From positions 1,632,001 to 1,696,000 of the forward strand of contig CAVVPN010000011.1 in NCBI GenBank assembly GCA_963750165.1: a stretch of 64,000 bases of DNA, written 5' to 3'. This DNA comes from an uncultured Gemmataceae bacterium. Its GTDB lineage: Bacteria > Planctomycetota > Planctomycetia > Gemmatales > Gemmataceae. Below the pieces are notes generated by a model. That model made no database searches. It saw only the letters and a list, made by a program, of their open reading frames with translations, and was not told the origin of the DNA. This document shows, piece by piece, positions 1-8,725 of the stretch; positions within the stretch are counted from its first letter, which is position 1; the number at the start of each line of letters is the position of its first letter. A program made the position numbers and the translations under genes.

Positions 1-392
1 CACGTCCGCCAGGTGATCGAGCAACGCCCAGAAGGCGCGGTGCGCCGCCGTGTCGCCCAGCGTGCGCAACCGTTCGACCGACCAGGCGTCCGGTTGGCGG
101 TACAGGGTGACGCAGCGGTCGGGCAACCAGGCACGATAACCGGGCAAGGTTTCGCCGTCGAAGGGAGGCATGCCGCTGCGCGCAGGAGTTCGCCGCCCAC
201 GCCGTCGGGTTCGAAATCAACCAGGGTGGTCGCGCCCACGTCAAAGGCAAAGCCGTTGCGCCGAAAGAAGCCCGCACAACCGCCGGGCTGGCCGTGGGCC
301 TCGAACACAATGGTATCGAGGCCATGCGCCTGCAAGCGGGCGGCGGTCGCCATGCCGGCAATGCCGCCACCCACGATCGCGACATCGTGCAT
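1..392 (-). CDS. Phytoene desaturase-like FAD-dependent oxidoreductase, N-terminal part (runs off window; frameshift near 178)
   Basis: Manual translation from ATG at 392: MHDVAIVGGGIAGMATAARLQAHGLDTIVFEAHGQPGGCAGFFRRNGFAFDVGAT (GxGxxG, GG and FDxG motifs). Plausible sequence continues in a shifted frame (SGMPPFDGETLPGYRAWLPD). Confidence 0.8.
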   Translation of the reverse strand, partial: MHDVAIVGGGIAGMATAARLQAHGLDTIVFEAHGQPGGCAGFFRRNGFAFDVGATTLVDFEPDGVGGELLRAAACLPSTAKPCPVIVPGCPTAASPCTANRTPGRSNGCARWATRRRTAPSGRCSITWRT

Positions 393-468
393 GGCCGGGT
401 TTCCTGGGAAGGAGGGGATCGGGTTGTCAAGAAGCAGACCGCAGGAAGACACGAGGAGTTAACTGAAG

Positions 469-1260
469 ATGGGTGATTTTAGCACGATGTCCCTTCGCGA
501 CCTTTCGCTACAGCAGCAACTGCTCGACGTGCTGATCGTGCGCCGCGGCCGCGGTCGCTTCACCGGACGGCTGCCCGATGGCCTCGAGAATCTGCGACCG
601 CATAACCTCGTCACCTTCAAGTCACACCACGAGGCGCTGACGCCGTGGGCCATGAAGGAGTTGACCGGCCTGGACGTGGCCTACCGCAAGTACGTCAGTC
701 CCTCGCCGTCCGACCTGCTCCCCGACGACCACTTCGGGCTCTACGCGGTGGCGGCGCGCTTCCCGCACAACCTGGCGGCGCTAATCCCCTGGCAACAGCG
801 GCAGCCGGGGGTGTATGATTGCCGGTGGGGGACGGACACGATCCGCGTGCTGGTGGCGGGCGAACTGCCGCGCGAACCCCACAACGCACCGCTGCACCTG
901 TTCAGCGCCTCGCCGGAGTTGGTGGCGTTCGGCAGTGGCGCCTACCGGCGGCGCTCGCAGGACACCAGCGCGCTGCTGCGGCAGCTGCTCGAGCGGTTCC
1001 AGGGGGAGGGCCTGACCATGACCTATACGATGGAAGATTTCATGCGCCAGTACGCCAAGGAGCACTTCCACGAGTTGACGCCCGAGGAGCAAGCGGAGGC
1101 GTTACAAGCGCTGCCGCCGGAGAAACAACAGGAAGTGTTCCGGGCGTTTCCGCCGGAGAGTCGCCTGGCTGGGTTATCGCCAGAGCAGATTCGGGAGTAC
1201 CTGGACCGGCTCACCGCCGGCAAGCCTGCCGTGCCGCGCAAGCCGCGCCGCAGGAAGTGA
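469..1260 (+). CDS. Rpn/YadD-like PD-(D/E)xK-type hypothetical protein, possibly 5'-truncated
   Basis: RDLSLQQQLLDVLIVRR...HNLVTFKSHHEAL nuclease-like core; C-terminal TMEDF...LAGLSPEQI helical repeats. Confidence 0.6.
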   Translation: MGDFSTMSLRDLSLQQQLLDVLIVRRGRGRFTGRLPDGLENLRPHNLVTFKSHHEALTPWAMKELTGLDVAYRKYVSPSPSDLLPDDHFGLYAVAARFPHNLAALIPWQQRQPGVYDCRWGTDTIRVLVAGELPREPHNAPLHLFSASPELVAFGSGAYRRRSQDTSALLRQLLERFQGEGLTMTYTMEDFMRQYAKEHFHELTPEEQAEALQALPPEKQQEVFRAFPPESRLAGLSPEQIREYLDRLTAGKPAVPRKPRRRK

Positions 1261-1475
1261 CGGGCGTCGGTTGTGGCATTGCCGCGGTCGGGGAGCGATC
1301 AATGTTGGCCGACCAACCCTCCTCCCGACCGGAGGAAAATGCGGAGACATTCAAACTCAGTAAAATCTTGAATATCCTTTTTCAGCAGCCCCCGAGTAAA
1401 ATGCGAGAAAGTGACGCGGCCGCAACTGGCCTGATCAGTAAGCACTATCACCTATGTGACCACTTGGGCAGAAGC

Positions 1476-2237
1476 ATGAACACCTCAAGAGAGAATCCGC
1501 AGCCAGCAGGTTCCGCTTGGCAGCTTGAATTTGCCCGCCTTATTGCCTTCCCAGCTGAACCACCACTCTTTCTCGAACAAGAGTGGTGGAAAGAGTTGGC
1601 ATCCGAGGTGCCGGAAGACTACGTCTCAACTCGAAAGAAGCATGCCCATGAGGACCACGGAAGTTTGCAAGGCTGCGTCCTTACTTTGAAAGTCGATCTT
1701 GGCCGGATTGTTTGGCTGGCACAACCCCCTGGTGATTTTGATGATTTGTCAGGCAAGTTACCTACTCTTGGCGCGTTCCGTGAAAAAATTGATTGGTTCG
1801 TCGGTTTGCTAACCCCGTGGCTCGCAAATTCATGTCCACCGCTCAAGCGGCTTGCTTTTGCAAGCAAATTGCTTCAACCTGCTTCTACTCAGCAAGAAGC
1901 ATTTCGGGTGCTGGCTGCCCACCTGCCACTTATGAATTTTGAACAGGATCCGAACGACTTTGTCTTACAAATCAATCGCCGAAGAGATTCGAGAGTTGTC
2001 GGCGGACTGCCGATTAACCGTGTGTCAACTTGGTCCAAGCTTAATGTTACGTTTTCAATAGAAGCCCAGGGAGGGATTCCGTTTAAGTGGCCAGAGAATT
2101 GCTACAGTGCCGTGGAACTAGACATCAACACCGCACCGGAGAGGGTTGAAATTTTGCCCCGCGAATTGCTGCCTCAGCTTTTCATGGAGTTGGCGTCCCT
2201 CGGTGAGGAGATTGCCGAACGTGGAGATACACCCTGA
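1476..2237 (+). CDS. Hypothetical protein, low-GC island gene 1 (weak resemblance to TIGR04255 family)
   Basis: ATG at 1476 within ORF 819-2237; LQINRRR...INRVSTWS...ELDINT motifs; TGATG overlap with next gene. Confidence 0.65.
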   Translation: MNTSRENPQPAGSAWQLEFARLIAFPAEPPLFLEQEWWKELASEVPEDYVSTRKKHAHEDHGSLQGCVLTLKVDLGRIVWLAQPPGDFDDLSGKLPTLGAFREKIDWFVGLLTPWLANSCPPLKRLAFASKLLQPASTQQEAFRVLAAHLPLMNFEQDPNDFVLQINRRRDSRVVGGLPINRVSTWSKLNVTFSIEAQGGIPFKWPENCYSAVELDINTAPERVEILPRELLPQLFMELASLGEEIAERGDTP

Positions 2238-2701
2238 TGACTACTACGATGATAAAGAAACAATTCAGCAACAGTTCTACCTGTGGCGAGACCGAGTCGC
2301 GAATTTCGCGAGTGATTTGGTGTGTACAAGCCGCATCCATGGAAGACCCCTTCCGGGTGCCTCAGATGAATACGACAATGGCTGATGAAGATCGCTTCGT
2401 CATCTTTGCAAAAACCCTGTATGCTCTCTGTAAAGCAGGCCGGATTCGTGAAGCTGTAGCCGAAGCCATAGACTACTTTGATGACGGACTGCTCGCTGGG
2501 GAATTCCGTGAGTGCGATCGTGCTTTACGTCAACTAGAAATCACTCGCCTTGCGCCATCTGTAATGGTGTCTATCCTTGGCATCACAATTCGCGCGAGGA
2601 AGTTGAAAGGGCGAGCGATCTTCTTTCAAAGGTCTAATGAGGCAATTGCAAAACAAAAAGGAAAGCGATACGCCAGTGAGTTATTAACGAAATACCGATG
2701 A
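2237..2701 (+). CDS. Hypothetical helical protein, island gene 2
   Basis: 154-aa ORF coupled by TGATG upstream and ATGA downstream; low GC. Confidence 0.7.
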   Translation: MTTTMIKKQFSNSSTCGETESRISRVIWCVQAASMEDPFRVPQMNTTMADEDRFVIFAKTLYALCKAGRIREAVAEAIDYFDDGLLAGEFRECDRALRQLEITRLAPSVMVSILGITIRARKLKGRAIFFQRSNEAIAKQKGKRYASELLTKYR

Positions 2702-3450
2702 TTACATCCCCTATGATCCGAATGCTGGTAAGCGCGTACGATTGGTTACTATGCCAACTCGGCTTTACTGGTGATTTTATCCGTCTTACGTTTGACGAGA
2801 ACAGTGTCGGTCTCTTGGCAGTTACCCTCCAGCGCACCTCTGAATGTACGACCCACGCGGGCGTCGCCTATCGGTCAACCGATGGGACGATTCGTTTTCT
2901 TCATTTCGCGAATCATGAATCTTTAAGGGACGAAACGAATTTGGGTTCGTGCGCGTTTGCAATTCCTCTCATGAAAGAAGAGGACTTGGAGTATTTGGCA
3001 GGATTCTGTGCACGGGTTTACCGAGCGAACCAAAAAGGAAAGCTCCCGTACAGTTTTCAATTCGACATGAATCTTGGGTTCAATCCCGAGTCAGGCTTGA
3101 TTGTCATTAATTACAATAGCGGGCTTACCTGCTCAACCTTCGTGGTTGCGCTATTCCGTTCAGCAGGCAATCCATTGGTCATACCCATAACATGGCCCCG
3201 CCGGGCAGACGCGGCTGGTATCGCCGCGCGGCGATACCTATTAAACTACTGGAGGCAAACTGGCAAACAGAAGTATATCACCAGAGCTGATGTGATCGAG
3301 CCAACAATTCAAACAATGCGGATTAGTCCAGAAGAGGTCGCAGGGGCTTGTCTCCAGAAGAAACTCCCCACCGGGTATTTCCGGGCCTGGGAAAATGGCA
3401 GAGTTATTTTGAAACGAATAGACGCAGCACTTGGACCTCCGCCTTCCTAA
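2698..3450 (+). CDS. Permuted papain-like (NlpC/P60, YiiX/YebB-type) protein, island gene 3
   Basis: His before Cys order: THAGVAY...LHFANH...LPYSF...GLTCSTFVVALF. Confidence 0.55.
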   Translation: MITSPMIRMLVSAYDWLLCQLGFTGDFIRLTFDENSVGLLAVTLQRTSECTTHAGVAYRSTDGTIRFLHFANHESLRDETNLGSCAFAIPLMKEEDLEYLAGFCARVYRANQKGKLPYSFQFDMNLGFNPESGLIVINYNSGLTCSTFVVALFRSAGNPLVIPITWPRRADAAGIAARRYLLNYWRQTGKQKYITRADVIEPTIQTMRISPEEVAGACLQKKLPTGYFRAWENGRVILKRIDAALGPPPS

Positions 3451-3510
3451 ATCCGTCGCCCTTCGTGTCGCATAATCTAGACTTCTCGCCACCGGGCACA
3501 GTGGCCACGG

Positions 3511-3860
3511 CTACCGCTGCCGGTTCAGCATCTTCATGAACTCGCGCATCCAGGCATGGTTGTCGTGCCAGGTCCGCGCCGTCACCAGGTTGCCGCTGAC
3601 CACCACCTCCTGATCGACGTAGGTCGCGCCGCACACCTCCGCGTCGAAGCGGCACTTCTTGACCGTCGTCACCGTGCGGCCGCGGATCACGTCCGCCGTC
3701 GCCACGATCTCGATGCCGTGACAGACCGACGCCACCGGCAGGTTCTTCTCGAAGAAATACCTGGTCACGCGCATCAGGTCGGGGTCGTAGCGCAGGTACT
3801 CCGGGGTGCGGCCGCCGGACAGCACCAGGCCGACGTACTCTGACAGCACCACGTCGCGGA
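3511..3860 (-). pseudogene. 3'-half duplicate of the DJ-1/PfpI gene
   Basis: 3508-3840 is near-identical to 5528-5860; the PfpI N-terminus is missing. Confidence 0.85.
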
Positions 3861-3984
3861 ACTTGCCGACCGCAAGCCGAATCGAGTGGTACGATGCACG
3901 GCGCCAGGGTAGAATCCCGCTGTGTTCCCCCCTGGTCATGGGCCGGTGGCACTCACTCGGTGGCCCGGCACAGGAGTGCATCCC

Positions 3985-5448
3985 ATGGCGGAATGTTGGC
4001 GGATCAGCGTGAGCGTGTGTCTGCTGGCGGGCTTGTTAGGCTGCCAGTCGTCGGCCTGGGCGCAGGGCGGCAAGCCAGTGCCGGTCAAGGAGCCTGCCCA
4101 GAGCGTGATCGCCACCTGGAAGAAAGCCGGCGGCTTCTACGGGGGCATGGCGGTGTCGTCTTACGGAATTACCAATTTCACCTCCCGTGAGCGCCCGGCG
4201 TCCGGGGAATTGCCGGCCTTTCATTTTGACGCCCCGCCTACAAAGCCGTTCTGGCAACTGCCGATGATCGACATCCCCTTCGGGTTGGACTTGTCGCACG
4301 GCCCGGTGACGGACGCGGGGCTGAGGGAACTGGCCGCGCTGCGGCACCTGCAAGCGCTGGACCTGACCGGCACGAAGGTGACGGATGCGGGGCTGAAGGA
4401 ACTGGCCGCCCACAAGCAACTACGTTCCCTGAACCTGATTAGAACGAAGGTGACGGACGCGGGGCTGAAGGAACTGACCGCCCACGAGCAACTACGGGCG
4501 TTGAGCCTGTCCGTTACCGAGGTGACGGACGCGGGGCTGAAGGAACTGGCGGGCCTGAAACAACTGCAAGCGCTGAACCTGATGCGTACGAAGGTGACGG
4601 GCGCGGGGTTAAGGGGATTGGCCCCGCTGAAGCAACTGCACGCGTTGCATCTCGGCGCAACCGGGTTGACGGACGCGGGGGTGAAAGAACTGGCCGCGCT
4701 GAAGCAACTTCGCCTGCTGGGTCTGAGGTCTACCGGTGTGACCGACGCGGGGGTGAAGGAATTGGCCGGCCTGAAACAACTGCACAAGTTGGACCTGAGC
4801 GCCACCAAGGTGACGGACGCCGGGCTGAAGGAACTGGCCGCGCTCCAGCAACTGCAGTCGCTGTTCCTCGACAGCACCCAGGTAACGGACGCGGGTTTGA
4901 AGGGACTGGCCTCCCTGAAACAACTGCGTGACTTGGACCTGAGCCTCACCAAGGTGACGGACGCCGGGCTGAAGGGACTGGCCACGCTGAAACGATTGCA
5001 GTCGCTGTGGTTGAGCGACACCCCGGTAACGGACGCCGGGCTGAAGGAACTGGCCGCGCTGAAGCAGTTGCAAGAACTGGACCTGACCGGCACCGCGGTG
5101 ACGGACGCCGGGCTGAAGGAACTGGCCGCGCTGAAGCAACTTCAGACGTTGAGCCTTGACCGCACTCGGGTGACGGACGCCGGGCTGAAGGAACTGGCCG
5201 CGCTGAAGCAGTTGCAATCACTGGCTCTCGGTGTCACGGGCGTAACGGACGCCGGGCTGAAGGAATTGGCCGCGATAAAGCAGTTGCAATCTCTATACCT
5301 GAATAGCGTCGAGGTGACAGACACGGGCCTGAAAGAACTGGCAAAGCTGAAGCAACTGCAATATCTGAACCTGCTTGGTGCCCCTGTTACGGACGCGGGA
5401 GTGAACGAACTGCGGAAGGCCCTGCCGCAACTCACGGTTTTCCGCTGA
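3985..5448 (+). CDS. Secreted leucine-rich repeat protein (RNI-like, about 16 x 24-aa repeats)
   Basis: SD CAGGAG at 3971; signal peptide; LxxLxLxxTxVTDAGLKELAALKQ repeats. Confidence 0.92.
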   Translation: MAECWRISVSVCLLAGLLGCQSSAWAQGGKPVPVKEPAQSVIATWKKAGGFYGGMAVSSYGITNFTSRERPASGELPAFHFDAPPTKPFWQLPMIDIPFGLDLSHGPVTDAGLRELAALRHLQALDLTGTKVTDAGLKELAAHKQLRSLNLIRTKVTDAGLKELTAHEQLRALSLSVTEVTDAGLKELAGLKQLQALNLMRTKVTGAGLRGLAPLKQLHALHLGATGLTDAGVKELAALKQLRLLGLRSTGVTDAGVKELAGLKQLHKLDLSATKVTDAGLKELAALQQLQSLFLDSTQVTDAGLKGLASLKQLRDLDLSLTKVTDAGLKGLATLKRLQSLWLSDTPVTDAGLKELAALKQLQELDLTGTAVTDAGLKELAALKQLQTLSLDRTRVTDAGLKELAALKQLQSLALGVTGVTDAGLKELAAIKQLQSLYLNSVEVTDTGLKELAKLKQLQYLNLLGAPVTDAGVNELRKALPQLTVFR

Positions 5449-5530
5449 TGGCTGCGGTTGGCTTGCGGCGACCCGAAGCGATTGCTTGAAGGTGAAGGCA
5501 TTTCTGCGGCTTGCCGCTGGGCGCAGGCGG

Positions 5531-6085
5531 CTACCGCTGCCGGTTCAGCATCTTCATGTACTCGCGCATCCACGCATGGTTGTCGTGCCAGGTCCGCGCC
5601 GTCACCAGGTTGCCGCTGACCACCACCTCCTGATCGACGTAGGTCGCGCCGCACACCTCCGCGTCGAAGCGGCACTTCTTGACCGTCGTCACCGTGCGGC
5701 CGCGGATCACGTCCGCCGTCGCCACGATCTCGATGCCGTGACAGACCGACGCCACCGGCAGGTTCTTCTCGAAGAAATATCGGGTCACGCGCATCAGGTC
5801 GGGGTCGTAGCGCAGGTACTCCGGGGCGCGGCCGCCGGACAGCACCAGGCCGACGTATTCGGCAGGGACGATGTCGCGGAAGGCGATGTCCGACGCCAGC
5901 CGGTAGCCGGGCGACTCCACGGTGATATCCCAGTCCGGGTGCCCGTCGTGCTGCACCAGATGGTAGACGCGCTTCTCCGGCGCGGCGACCAGCACCTGAT
6001 AGCCGTCCTCGCGGATGCGGTACAGCGGATACAGGGTGTCGAAGACCTCGGCGGCGTCGCCGATGACGAGCAGCACTTTTTGCAT
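5531..6085 (-). CDS. DJ-1/PfpI family protein
   Basis: LSGGRAPEYLR, ASVCHG nucleophile elbow, NLVTARTWHD. Confidence 0.92.
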   Translation of the reverse strand: MQKVLLVIGDAAEVFDTLYPLYRIREDGYQVLVAAPEKRVYHLVQHDGHPDWDITVESPGYRLASDIAFRDIVPAEYVGLVLSGGRAPEYLRYDPDLMRVTRYFFEKNLPVASVCHGIEIVATADVIRGRTVTTVKKCRFDAEVCGATYVDQEVVVSGNLVTARTWHDNHAWMREYMKMLNRQR

Positions 6086-6185
6086 GGCGGGTTCCTCGCG
6101 GGCCGGCACGTTGGTGATCCTTCGGGAGAACGGGTATTATAGAAACGGCGGCGCCAATTCGCTGAGACCTGGGACGGAGGCGGAC

Positions 6186-6464
6186 GTGCGACCCGTGGAC
6201 GACACGGTGACGGTGGAGTTTTTCGGCGTGCCGCGCCACTGCGCCGGTCGGGCGGAACTGCGCGTCGCGGCGGCGACGGTGGCGGAGTTGCTGACGGCGG
6301 TGGAGCGGGCGTGTCCCGGGTTGGCGGGACTGCGGCGGGCGGACGGCCGGCTGGCGCCGCATTATTTGCTGTCCATCGACGGCCGGCGCTTCATCGGCGA
6401 CATGGGCGAGGCGCTGCGGCCGGGCGAGCGTGTGCTGCTGCTGTCGGCGGACGCTGGCGGCTAG
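6186..6464 (+). CDS. MoaD/ThiS family sulfur carrier
   Basis: VEFFG...TVAELL, C-terminal AGG; GGAGG before GTG 6186 (start uncertain). Confidence 0.85.
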   Translation: MRPVDDTVTVEFFGVPRHCAGRAELRVAAATVAELLTAVERACPGLAGLRRADGRLAPHYLLSIDGRRFIGDMGEALRPGERVLLLSADAGG

Positions 6465-6606
6465 AGCGGTTGACGGATGGGTGAAGCGGTGCCGGTTGCT
6501 GCCGATCCGGGACGGGGAACACGTCATGGGATACGTGTAAAGTGGCAATGTGGCAAAGTGGCAAACTGATCCACCCTTCGCTACACCCCACCGCCTGCCG
6601 CGCGAA
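6462..6606. mobile_element. MITE-like shell, copy 1
   Basis: Left arm TAGAGCGGTTGACGGATGGGTGAAGCGG, right arm CGCTACACCCCACCGCCTGCCGCGCGA; similar arms at 20240, 23636 and 54461. Confidence 0.55.
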
Positions 6607-6618
6607 ACGGGGAAAACG

Positions 6619-8397
6619 ATGTTCGGCTACCACGGCCGCTACCTCCGCGTCGATCTGAGCCGCGGCGCCGCCGACTGGGTGCCGCTGTCGGAGGACGTGT
6701 TGCGCCGTTTCATCGGCGGCGTCGGCCTCGGCGTGTACCTGCTGCACCGCGAAGCGCCGGCCGGCATCGATCCGCTCGCCCCGGAGGCGCCGCTTATCTT
6801 CAGCCTGAGCCCGCTGGTCGGCACACCGCTGACCACCTCCGCCAAGTTCGCGGTCGTCGCCAAATCGCCGCTCACCAACCGCCTCAACGACGCGCTCTCG
6901 TCGTCGCATTTCGCCATCGCCGCCAGGCGCGCCGGCTTCGACGCCCTGGTGCTCGTCGGCGCCTGTGCCGCCCCGACCGTTCTGGTCATTGATGACGGCA
7001 ACGTCCGCCTGCAACCCGCCGCGGACCTGTGGGGCCTGACCGCCCAGGAGGCGAACCGCCGGCTGATGGAGCAACTCGGCCCGCACTTCCACAGCGCTAG
7101 CATCGGCCCCGCCGGCGAAAAGCTGGTGCGTTACGCGACCATCAGCCACGACAACCGTCACGCCGGCCGTGGCGGTCTCGGCGCCGTGATGGGCGGCAAG
7201 CGATTAAAAGCGGTGGCTGTCGCCGGTTCGCAGCGCGTGGAGGTGGCGGACGCCGCGGCGGTGGTGGACGCGGCCCGCGACCTGTCGCGGCGCTCCTTCG
7301 GCCCGGCGACGGCGAAGTATCGCGAACTCGGCACCGTCGCCAACCTGCTGACGTTCAACCGCTTCGCGGCGCTGCCGACGCGCAACTTTCAGCAGGGCAC
7401 CTTCGAGCAGGCGGCGGCACTGTCCGGCGAGGAGTTGAACGCCGTCCGCCGCGTGGCCCGCAAGTCGTGCGCCGCCTGTACCATCGGTTGCGAACACCTC
7501 TACGCCGCCGCGGACGGCCCCCCCGTGCGCCTGGAGTACGAGAGCCTGTTCGCGCTCGGCCCGCTGTGCGGCGTCGGCGATCAGGAGGCGGTGTTGCAGG
7601 CCGCGCGGCGCTGCGACCAGTTGGGCCTCGACACCATCTCGACCGGCGCCAGCATCGCCTTCGCGATGGAGTGCGCCGAGCGCGGCCTGCTCGACGCGCC
7701 GGGGCTGCGCTTCGGCGCCGCGGATCGGCTGCTGGAACTGGTGGACGCGATCGGCCGTCGCGAAGGGCTGGGCGATCTGCTGGCGGAGGGCACGCGGCGG
7801 GCGGCGCAGGTGATCGGCGGCGACGCGCCAGACTTCGCGCCGCACGTCAAGGGGCTGGAAATCCCGGGATACGAGCCGCGGGCGCTGCAGACGATGGCGC
7901 TGGGCTTCGCGGTCGGCAGCCGTGGCGCGGACCACAACCGCTCCGGGGCGTACGAGGTCGATTTCTCGGCGCGGGCGGATCGGCTGCACGGCTCGCCGGA
8001 GGCGGCGCGACTGGCGGTGGAGACGGAAGACCGCGCCGCGCTGCTCGACGTGCTGATCCTGTGCAAGTTCCTGCGCGGCGTGTTCACGGACCTGTTCGCG
8101 GAGACCGCCGACCTGCTGCGGCGTATCACCGGCTGGGACGTGACCGCCGACGAACTGCGCGGCGTCGCCCGGCGCGTGGTGACGGCGAAAAAGCTGTACA
8201 ACCTCCGTGAAGGCTGGACGCCGGCGGAGGACACGCTGCCGCGCCGTTTTCTGACGGAGGGATTGGCCGCCGGCGGCGATGCGCAGGTGCTGCTGCCGCG
8301 CGAACGGTTGCAGGCGATGGTGCAGGCGTATTACGCCGCCCGCGGCTGGGACACGCTGGGGCGGGTGCCGGCCGAACTGGTCAGCGATTGTCGGTGA
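6619..8397 (+). CDS. Aldehyde ferredoxin oxidoreductase (tungsten AOR family)
   Basis: KSPLT, SIGPAGE, AGRGGLGAVMG, CxxCxxxC, EYE, CDQLGLDTIS, VKGLEIPGYEPR, DTLPRRF. Confidence 0.95.
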   Translation: MFGYHGRYLRVDLSRGAADWVPLSEDVLRRFIGGVGLGVYLLHREAPAGIDPLAPEAPLIFSLSPLVGTPLTTSAKFAVVAKSPLTNRLNDALSSSHFAIAARRAGFDALVLVGACAAPTVLVIDDGNVRLQPAADLWGLTAQEANRRLMEQLGPHFHSASIGPAGEKLVRYATISHDNRHAGRGGLGAVMGGKRLKAVAVAGSQRVEVADAAAVVDAARDLSRRSFGPATAKYRELGTVANLLTFNRFAALPTRNFQQGTFEQAAALSGEELNAVRRVARKSCAACTIGCEHLYAAADGPPVRLEYESLFALGPLCGVGDQEAVLQAARRCDQLGLDTISTGASIAFAMECAERGLLDAPGLRFGAADRLLELVDAIGRREGLGDLLAEGTRRAAQVIGGDAPDFAPHVKGLEIPGYEPRALQTMALGFAVGSRGADHNRSGAYEVDFSARADRLHGSPEAARLAVETEDRAALLDVLILCKFLRGVFTDLFAETADLLRRITGWDVTADELRGVARRVVTAKKLYNLREGWTPAEDTLPRRFLTEGLAAGGDAQVLLPRERLQAMVQAYYAARGWDTLGRVPAELVSDCR

Positions 8398-8524
8398 ATG
8401 TGCATCCCCTCGTGCCCACGCTCCGCGTGGGGACAAGGGCCCAATGGTTCGTGCTTTGACAACCGCCCAAAAGTGACCTAATGTTGGTCGGGCTGTTTCC
8501 ACCTCTTTTTCAAAGGAAGTCGCA

Positions 8525-8644
8525 ATGGAACTGGAACTGGGCGTTGTCGTCGGTCTCATCGGCCTGCTGGGCGTCGTCGCGGTGTACTTCTGGATCGTCC
8601 GCCGAGCGCAGAACGAAGCCGTGCAAGAGCCGCAAAAACAGTAA
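8525..8644 (+). CDS. 39-aa single-pass membrane small protein
   Basis: AAGGAAG SD; MELELGVVVGLIGLLGVVAVYFWIVRRAQNEAVQEPQKQ. Confidence 0.6.
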   Translation: MELELGVVVGLIGLLGVVAVYFWIVRRAQNEAVQEPQKQ

Positions 8645-8725
8645 AATGCCAGGGCATTGTCGGCAGGGCGCGGCTCCACGTCGGAGTTCCCGCCCGTGAC
8701 CTGCCGCGGCCCCGGTCAGTGACGT

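Larger units (their letters stand above)
3508..5860. repeat. About 333-bp direct repeat pair (3508-3840 and 5528-5860) flanking the LRR gene
   Basis: Direct comparison, offset 2020 bp, a handful of substitutions. Confidence 0.95.

Noticed and set aside
819..1475. N-terminal extension of ORF 819-2237
   Set aside because: It overlaps the Rpn-like gene in a shadow frame. The likely start is 1476.
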